Positions 23,780 through 30,985 of a stretch of DNA of 30,985 nt are shown one piece after another. Positions within the stretch are counted from its first letter, which is position 1. Each line of letters opens with the position of its first letter. The DNA lies in the IMG/VR virus record IMGVR_UViG_2751185775_000001, positions 73,005 through 103,989 of that record. The stretch is one strand, 5' to 3'. A program made the translations under genes and the position numbers. The DNA is from a virus. Taxonomy: Duplodnaviria; Heunggongvirae; Uroviricota; Caudoviricetes. The notes under the pieces are model-generated. The model did no database searches and was not told the DNA's origin. It saw nothing but the letters and a program-made list of their open reading frames with translations.

Positions 23780-26700
23780 ATGGCTGACACATTAGGATTT
23801 AAGTTAACGCTGGACGACAGAACCTTTGAGATCAAGATGGAGAATGCGGAACGGCTTCTCAATCGTTTTTCTCAACGGGCAGTAAAATCAGGTTCTGGAA
23901 TTAAGCGTTTTGAAAGCGGGCTTGCTGGTTTCGGCAGAACGTTGTCAGGTGTGATTACTACAATCGGCATGGCAACGTTCGCTGTTTCCGGGTTAAAAAC
24001 AGTCCTGTTCGACACACAGAAAGCGATTCTCGACAGCGCAGGTAAACTTGAAAGATTGCAGGTCATGCTCAACGGCCTGGCTGAATCATCCGACAAAGCT
24101 GCCGAAGCGTTGCGTGACTTCAATTACATCGTAGATAAGGCAAAAAGTGCCCCGTTTTCTATCGATGCCATTTCAGATAGTTTCGTCAAACTCAAATCAG
24201 CCGGTATTGACCCGACAAAGGGATCGATGAATGCGCTTATCGATTCTGTAGCCCGGTTTGGTGGCGATAGCGAGCTTCTTAAACGAGCCACCGTTGCTAT
24301 TCAGCAAATGGCAGGTAAAGGCGTGGTTTCTATGGAAGAACTACGTCAGCAGTTAGGTGAAGCTGTGCCTACAGCCATGAAAGCTATGGCGACAAGTATG
24401 AACATTTCAATGGGTGATCTTGTTAAGCAAATTTCATCCGGTCAGGTCAGAGCTACAGAGGCTATTGACGGGATGTTGGCGGTAATGGAAGTTCAGTACG
24501 CCGGCTCCGCAGAGCGGATGATGAACACCTACTCCGGCCTGATTTCTCAGATGCAAACAAATGCCGCGCTGCTGGCTAAAACCATTGGCGACTCCGGATA
24601 TATGGATGCGGTAAAGGATGCCTGAGAGATATTAACACTCTGCTCGGTAGTGATGCCGCTCTCTACTACGGAAAAATGTTCGGTGATGCGATTGAGAAAA
24701 TTATCTCCGTAGTCAAAGAAATGACAGTTTGGGTTGTCGATAATCAGGCAATGTTGAAGTCATTGTTTTCTATCATTATGCAAATTGCCGGAGCTGTAGT
24801 TTTTGTCTCATTTATAAAATCAGTTATCGGTGGGCTGGTATCGTTAAACCGCTCAATTGCAGGTGTCATCGGCGGTGGTGGTGCAGGACTTGTCGGCATG
24901 GCAAGCAGTATCGCTGAAGTATCACGTCGATCCCGTGCGATGGGTGGTAGTTTAAATATCGGTTCAATAGCCATTGGCAGAATGACACATGCCTGGCGTG
25001 GACTTAATGCGGCAATGAAAGCCAATATCATTGTGGCCGCGATTATGACGGTTGTAGAAGTGTTATCACTTCTGGCGTGGTGGTTTGATAAAAACAAAGA
25101 GAAAGCTGAGGCTGCTGCTGAGGCTGCGCGTAATATGCCGAGCATGGTAACTGACGCGCAGTTAACTGAATTAAAAAATGTTCAAAAAGACGCGGAACAA
25201 AAATTTAAAACCTACTTGAAAGCTGTGGAGGCGTGGGAACAAAAATTTGAGGATGCAAAAAACAACAGGAAGTTTATTAAGCCAAGTGATTATCGCAAAT
25301 ATGAAATTTCCAAGAAATTACTTGAACAATACAAATCGGAGTTTGAACAGGCTTCAAACCTCGTTAACACGACCCTGATTGCGCGTGAAGAAGAAGCTGC
25401 GCGTAAAAAAAATTGAAGTAATGGAAGTGGGTCTGCAAAAAGAACGGGAATTGCGTCAGGCTGAATTCAAAACAAAAGTTGATGAGCTGGATAAGCAGCA
25501 ACAGGTTGAATTGGCTAAGTACACTACCAATGCGGAAAAGCAAAAGGAGATCCGGGAGCAGTTCGGTAATCAGATGCGAGAGGCGTATTCGTTAGTGCTG
25601 GAAAGTGACAAAAAAGCAATTGAGCAAAAACGAACCCTTTTGGAAGATCAGCTTAAAAAAATTACAGGAAGACCTCCGTAAAGCCAACAGCAAGATCACA
25701 GGACAGATAACCAATGACGAAAAAGTCCTGATAAACAACCTTGAATCTCAAATCATCCATGTAAGCAGGGGTTTAAATGGACTTGAAACAGAGTATACAA
25801 ACGTCCTTCAACGGTTAAAAAATGCAGTAAATCTGTTCAGAGGCGGGATCATTGATGTTAATGGCGCATTCACACAATCAACCACTGATGAACTTGCAAA
25901 ACAGCTAGAAACGTTAGCTAAAAATGAAGATCGTTTATCAGTAGGAACTCGCCTTAAAAATGGCGAAAAAATAAAATTAATCGACGGACGGATCGCTAAA
26001 ACAGAGGAAGAAGCAGAAGCCAATTTTCAGATTCTTGAAATTTTGAAAAAACAGGGAGTTGAGGGGGAAAAACTGGCTGGTTTTTATAACGAAGCCAACG
26101 AAGCGCAGAAAAAGCAAATAGACCGTGCATTAGAAAGTGCAAGAATCCGTGGTCAGGCGAAAGTCGATAAAAGCGCTGCATCCTCTGCCCGGGTTGGTGA
26201 ATCCAAAGCCGCCAAAGCAAAGCGGGAAGCGGAAAGGCTGGCAGGACAGCACAAGAAATTACTGGAAGACGCTGAGTCAATGTCGGAAAAAATCGGCTTC
26301 GGCAGTCAGGAAGTTGCGAAGTACGATCAGGCTCTAGGCAAGCTGAAAGAAAGTCTTGGGGCGCTGGCTACGGCTGTTCCGAAAGAGGGCATTCTTTCTC
26401 AGAAGCAGATTGATGAAGCTAAAGCGCGTCTGGCAGAAATCGATAATGAACTGAGCAGCAAAGAGTACCGCAATGCGCTGGCGCAGGACTCAGCTGATCA
26501 GCTTATCTCAAAATGGGCGGGGTTCGCTAATACCGTAAAGGGAAACGTCACGCAGTCCGTCTCTGAAATGCGCCGTGAGTTTGAGAAAAACTACGACGAG
26601 GCTGACAAGTATTTCCAGAAGATTATCACCGCATCTGCCGGAAACAACGAAGTCCAAAAGAGGCTGATGGAAGAACACCAGCGTTTCAAAGCCGGAAAGA

Positions 26701-27827
26701 CAGAGGCGATGGTTCGTCTGACGGAAACAGCCACCGCAAGAATGGCAGAGGATTATAAAAACGTTGCGGCCATGATTGACGATAACATTAAAAATGTATT
26801 CGACAGTCTGGAAGACCGCCTGATGGATTTCCTCAAAACCGGTACGTTTTCTATCAAAGATTTTGGCGATTTCATTTTCGCGGAACTGCAACGCACCTTT
26901 ATCCGCAGCATGGTTATTTCGCCAATGATAAACGGGCTTGGGTTGGGTGCCGGCGGTCAGACCGGTGAGGGGATGATTGGCGCACTCGGATCTGCAATCG
27001 GAGGTATGTTTGGTTCCGGTGGAGGTAAAGCCGATCCTAATGCTAAGGCCACAGCAGCACTCGGTAAAGCTGCAACAGAAACCACCGAAGCTATGCAGGA
27101 TATGCAGGAACAGGGCATTTTCACTACCATCGCAGGTTACGCAAAACAGCTTTGGGCGATGATTACCGGTACGGCGGCAACCGAGGTTAAAACAAGTGCA
27201 GACGTAACAGCTACTGCAACGGTCGGGACATTTACCGGTGCGGTTTCAATGGCAACAGGTGCGATAACTGCATTTGCAGCCTCTCTTGCCGCACAGGGCA
27301 CAGCCTCTGCTGCCAGCGGATTTCTTGGCATGGCGTCCTCTATCGGTGGCGCGGTGGCTGGTGGTATGGGCGGTGGTGTGGGTGTAGGTGCGGCATCATC
27401 CGGTGCGACCGGAGTTTATGATCCGGCCAAATACAGTTCCGCTTTCGGTTTCGCAAACGGCGGGATCATGAGTTCTCTTGGCTCATTGCCGCTGAAAGCC
27501 TACTCAAAAGGTGGGATCGCTACAACACCACAACTCGCTCTTTTCGGCGAAGGCAGTCATAACGAGGCTTATGTCCCTCTGCCTGATGGTCGCCGTATTC
27601 CTGTGAATATGAATATTGACGGCATGCAAGGTGCTGACAGGAGTGCGGAGAGCGCCGGCAACTCCGTCATGATCTCAATTCAGATTGAGAATAACGGCAG
27701 TGAAAAAGATGAAAAATCTAATGACAGTCAGGATTCCACATGGAACGCGGCGGCACAAAAAATTAAAGCCATTGTGCTTGAAACTATCACGGAAGAAAAA
27801 CGCCCGGGCGGGGCACTGACGGAGTAA
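23780..27827 (+). CDS. Tape measure protein (about 1350 aa), split in this assembly by three single-base indels (24621-24622, 25405-25412, 25655-25661)
   Basis: Tape-measure domain (QMAGKGVVSMEELRQQLGEAVP), long helical Ala/Gly-rich body, lambda-like C-terminus (FANGGIM...FGEGSHNEAYVPLPDG). Frames join cleanly after single-base repair. Confidence 0.9.
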
Positions 27828-27832
27828 CACAA

Positions 27833-28165
27833 ATGGAAAAACGGCTTTTTAAATGGCACCCGAAATTCCAGTCACGCAAAACGTTTAAGCCGACAATCAG
27901 CAAACAGGTCTTTGATGATGGTTACGAAATGCGTATGACCTCGGGATTCAACTGGCGCAGATTCGAGTGGAATCTCACATTTGAAGGGGCGCGAGAGTTA
28001 ATCACAGAAATTGAAGATTTTCTTTTTGAACATGGCGGCAAAGATTCCTTTAAGTGGATCTCGCCGGACAAAAAGGAATACACGATTGTCTGTGAAGACT
28101 TCAACGTAGGGCGGGACAACGGCAGCAATAATCTGACTGCCACATTCCGGCAGGTATTTGAATGA
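27833..28165 (+). CDS. Distal tail protein (lambda gpM-like)
   Basis: F.W.P...FDDGYEMR...G.N....W.LTF.G...FL..HGG..SF.W..P...ATFRQVF. Confidence 0.9.
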   Translation: MEKRLFKWHPKFQSRKTFKPTISKQVFDDGYEMRMTSGFNWRRFEWNLTFEGARELITEIEDFLFEHGGKDSFKWISPDKKEYTIVCEDFNVGRDNGSNNLTATFRQVFE

Positions 28166-28173
28166 CAGCAATC

Positions 28174-28204
28174 TGGTGTCCTCACGGATGAGGACACCAC
28201 TTTT
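28174..28204 (+). terminator. Strong hairpin between M-like and L-like genes
   Basis: TGGTGTCCTCA-CGGA-TGAGGACACCA then CTTTT. Confidence 0.7.
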
Positions 28205-28217
28205 AAGGGATTAAACC

Positions 28218-28925
28218 ATGACAAAGAAAACTATCCGGCAGCAGATTCAATTGTTATCCCCGGAGTCTATCTTTGAGTTATTCGTGATCGATTTGCCGAA
28301 GAAAACAGGCAGCGGACGGTTCTACTTCCATGCCGGGACAAACGAAATCCAGCAGCCGGTTATCTGGCAAGGAAAAGCCTATCAGCCGATGCCGATTCAG
28401 GCGACCGGTTTTGATATCAGCGGCGAGGGTAAGCTGCCGCGTCCGAAACTGAAAGTGGCGAATTTTGGCGGCATGATCTCCGCAGAGTTACAGGCAAAAG
28501 ACGATCTGCTCGGGTGTCAGGTAACACGCAAGCGCACCATGCAATGCTTTCTGGATGCAGAAAACTTTGAAAGCGGTGTAAACGACGAAGCAGATCCTAA
28601 CCAGCATTTCCCTGATGATGTGTGGTTTATCGATCAGAAGACGATTGAAACGCCTGAAATGGTGGAGTTTGAGCTGGCATCTGTTTACGACCTGATGGGT
28701 GTTCAGCTGCCTAACCGTCAGGTGATGCGTAACTCGTGCCAATGGGATTATCGATCACCGGAATGCGGTTATACCGGCCCCGCTTTTGACAAGAACGACA
28801 AACCGACCGCTCTCTCTGGTGCCGACTTTTGCCCTAAGCGGTTATCGAGCTGCCGTGCGCGGAGAGATTACTTTGCTGACGGCATTATCATGTTTGGTGC
28901 TTTCCCGGGGGCAACACGCTCATGA
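28218..28925 (+). CDS. Tail tip protein (lambda gpL-like)
   Basis: WQGKAYQPMPIQATGF, PRPKLKVAN, VTRKRT...LDA.NF, and four Cys (C.W.YRSPECGY...C.KRLSSC) for the Fe-S cluster. Confidence 0.92.
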   Translation: MTKKTIRQQIQLLSPESIFELFVIDLPKKTGSGRFYFHAGTNEIQQPVIWQGKAYQPMPIQATGFDISGEGKLPRPKLKVANFGGMISAELQAKDDLLGCQVTRKRTMQCFLDAENFESGVNDEADPNQHFPDDVWFIDQKTIETPEMVEFELASVYDLMGVQLPNRQVMRNSCQWDYRSPECGYTGPAFDKNDKPTALSGADFCPKRLSSCRARRDYFADGIIMFGAFPGATRS

Positions 28926-29695
28926 TGAAAGAAATGATGAGTGCCGGGTTGTACACAGCAATGCAGTCGGCCGCAGTTGCAGCTTACCCGAATGAAGCCT
29001 GCGGGCTTCTTGTCAGCGCAAAGCGGGGCAAGTATGAACTGGTGTTATGTCGTAACGTGGCAGACGACCCTGTTAATTTCTTTGTGATGGACGCAGACGA
29101 CCAGATTAGCGCAGAAACACAGGGGGAAGTGGTTGGCGTATGGCATAGCCACACGGACGGATCGAACAAAGCCAGTGATGCTGATATTGCCGGCTGTGAG
29201 TCCTCGGAGTTGCCGTGGTTTATTATCAACGTCACAAGAAACTACAACCCTGATATTGAGACGGACTTTGTTATCAGCGATGTAAACGTAATAGCTCCCT
29301 GTGGCGCTGTAACGCCACTAGAGGGTCGTGCTTATGCATTTGGTGTCTTTGACTGCTGGACACTGTGCAGGGACTATTTGAAGCGCGAATTTGACGTGTC
29401 CGTTGATATCTGCGCCCATCTTCACATCCCTAACTGGTGGAACGGAGACAGAGACATTTTGACGGATAATTTCTCCGGTCAGAGGTTGGTGAAGTTGCCA
29501 CACGGAACACCACCGCAGAAAGGCGATCTGTTCTTCATGAAAATCGGGGCGAAGATGCCGGATCACTGCGCGGTTTACGTGGGTGGCAATCTGATTCTGC
29601 ATCACCAGACAAACCGGTTAAGCGGAAAAGCAATTTACGGCGGAATGTATAAAAAATGCACCGTTCACCATTTACGACATAAGGATTTGTTATGA
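28922..29695 (+). CDS. Tail assembly protein (lambda gpK-like; JAB/MPN plus NlpC/P60)
   Basis: PNEACG, WHSH...S.AD, FDCWTL, HCAVY.G...ILHH. Confidence 0.92.
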   Translation: MMKEMMSAGLYTAMQSAAVAAYPNEACGLLVSAKRGKYELVLCRNVADDPVNFFVMDADDQISAETQGEVVGVWHSHTDGSNKASDADIAGCESSELPWFIINVTRNYNPDIETDFVISDVNVIAPCGAVTPLEGRAYAFGVFDCWTLCRDYLKREFDVSVDICAHLHIPNWWNGDRDILTDNFSGQRLVKLPHGTPPQKGDLFFMKIGAKMPDHCAVYVGGNLILHHQTNRLSGKAIYGGMYKKCTVHHLRHKDLL

Positions 29696-30318
29696 GCGCG
29701 AAAAAAAATCGGGTTACGTTTGAGTTTGGCGGTGTGCTGGCGAAGAAATTCGGTAAAGAGCATAAGGTGCGTTGCTCCACTGTGAAGCAGGGTTTGGGGA
29801 TTATCAACGCCAATCGTCCGGGGTTGGTGGGCTGGATGAAAGAGAATGCATCAAAATATCGGAAGTACCATATACGCGTTACCCGCGCTGACGGTCGGGT
29901 AAAGGATATGAGCGAAGCTGAGTTTCAGTTACAGAATAACGGTGATATGACTCACGTTCGTATTACCCCTATTTATCGCGGAGCAGGCGGCAAAATCATG
30001 AGTGTTTTGCAGGTCGTTGTTGGGGTTGTTCTGATTATCGCCTCGTACTGGCTCGGGCCGTCTTCATTCGCGGCGGGTATGTCTATGCTGGCATCTGGTG
30101 TCATCGGGCTTCTGTCCAAACAACCGAAACCGTTTACGGGAGGGTCGGATAACCGGAAAAATTCAACCTACTTTGACGGGCCGCAAAATACAGTGGAGCA
30201 GGGCGCGCCGGTTCCGCTGATTTACGGGGACGAAATTCTGGTGGGATCGCAGTTAATAAGCCTGAAACTGTCGGTTGAGCAGTTAATACCTGAAAGCAAC
30301 AAAATGGCGTTATATTAG
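29692..30318 (+). CDS. Tail assembly protein (lambda gpI-like)
   Basis: FGG.LAKKFG, P...GAGGK...Q.VVG, STYFDGPQNTVEQGAPVPLIYG...VGSQLIS. Confidence 0.92.
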   Translation: MSAKKNRVTFEFGGVLAKKFGKEHKVRCSTVKQGLGIINANRPGLVGWMKENASKYRKYHIRVTRADGRVKDMSEAEFQLQNNGDMTHVRITPIYRGAGGKIMSVLQVVVGVVLIIASYWLGPSSFAAGMSMLASGVIGLLSKQPKPFTGGSDNRKNSTYFDGPQNTVEQGAPVPLIYGDEILVGSQLISLKLSVEQLIPESNKMALY

Positions 30319-30420
30319 ACAAGGTTTTGGAGTATTTTATCCAATATTTAGATTGACCATTTTTTAATAATAGATGACCATCAGTTATGGTGGTCTTTAA
30401 ATTTAAATCAAGGAATAGTC

Positions 30421-30985
30421 GTGAAAAAAAATATTGGTTTTATCATTATCCATTATTGCTTTGTCTGGTTGTGGTGATAGCAATGTTGATATTGTAAAAA
30501 AATGTTACTTTAAATGATGGCTCTAAACTTGGATACGTTTTAGAAAATAGAAAGATATGTAGTGATATAAAATGGATATCTTATGAAGATGAAAGAGGAA
30601 GAGGGCGAGTTAAATATACATGTGTTATATCACCGGAAAATTATCAGTTATTTGTTGATAAATATATCCCTGCTTATTCAAAATGGAAGAACTACGAAGT
30701 TGACAGTCTAAATAATAAAATTAAAGGAATGGATGCAGATGATATAAGTAGAGTATCCACAACAAAAAAGACTCGAACAAGTTGAAACGTCGTTTTCTTT
30801 CAATAGAGTAGATGAGTACAAGGATGTTATTGAGTGGATTATTCCTAACGGTAATACAAAAAAATGTAATACCACAAAAATCAGAACAATATTCATGCTT
30901 AAAATTTGATAATGGTGGCGTCTTATTTTTCGGGAATAACTATGATAAAGGTGCTCCTATATATCAAGAACATAGCTCTCGTTTT
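30421..30985 (+). CDS. AT-rich moron lipoprotein, runs off the window; interrupted by about four +1 A-homopolymer indels
   Basis: AAGGA RBS, GTG 30421. MKKILVLSLSIIALSGCGDS lipobox after repair. One frame continues to the window end if each A-run is shortened by one base. Confidence 0.6.

Noticed and set aside
23780-27827. Tape measure split into several ORFs, read as pseudogene or programmed frameshifts
   Set aside because: All three breaks are single-base changes in homopolymers (C2, A8, A7). The same error type recurs at about 6867-6884, 7291, 8511, 23147 and several times after 30421, which indicates uncorrected sequencing error.
495-29813. Numerous overlapping antisense or alternate-frame ORFs in the track (e.g. 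495-926, 4295-4748, 9228-9659, 15380-15874, 20700-21377)
   Set aside because: Shadow ORFs opposite well-supported genes or in GC-rich repeats; no motifs or RBS.
1-30985. tRNA, rRNA, CRISPR array, IS, integrase, reverse transcriptase or LexA box
   Set aside because: None recognised by eye. tRNAscan/Infernal and a CTGT-N8-ACAG scan would be needed to exclude them formally.

Overview
The window is a segment of a tailed (siphovirus-type) phage of an enterobacterial host. Gene order and protein sequences resemble, from recall rather than a search, the SSU5/pHCM2/pMT1-like phage-plasmids; no integrase or plasmid rep gene lies inside the window. 1-8.6 kb is an accessory/control region: a strongly strand-skewed non-coding tract, small monocistronic genes with their own terminators, a higBA toxin-antitoxin pair, an AT-rich island with a probable DNA-binding gene, an Sm-fold (Rof/Hfq-like) gene, a lipoprotein, an antirepressor-like gene and a ribbon-helix-helix gene. 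8.6-14.1 kb holds an SF2 helicase divergent from a tightly coupled ParB-N/ParB-N/ABC-ATPase/HEXXH/GNAT/wHTH operon directly upstream of terS-terL. This operon is the best candidate for an uncharacterised packaging-linked nucleic-acid modification system. 14.3-30.3 kb is the morphogenesis operon (terminase, portal, scaffold, capsid, neck, tail tube, chaperones, tape measure, lambda M/L/K/I-like tail tip), followed by an AT-rich lipoprotein moron. Other notable signals are an rrn-P1-like promoter pointing into a small structured RNA, a recurrent 18-bp palindrome TA(A/G)GTA-N6-TAC(C/T)TA, an RBS-sequestering hairpin on the antirepressor, and two probable -1 frameshift sites in tail genes. The assembly appears to contain many single-base homopolymer indels that split real genes; these are treated as sequencing errors. 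All family calls come from motif reading, not database searches.
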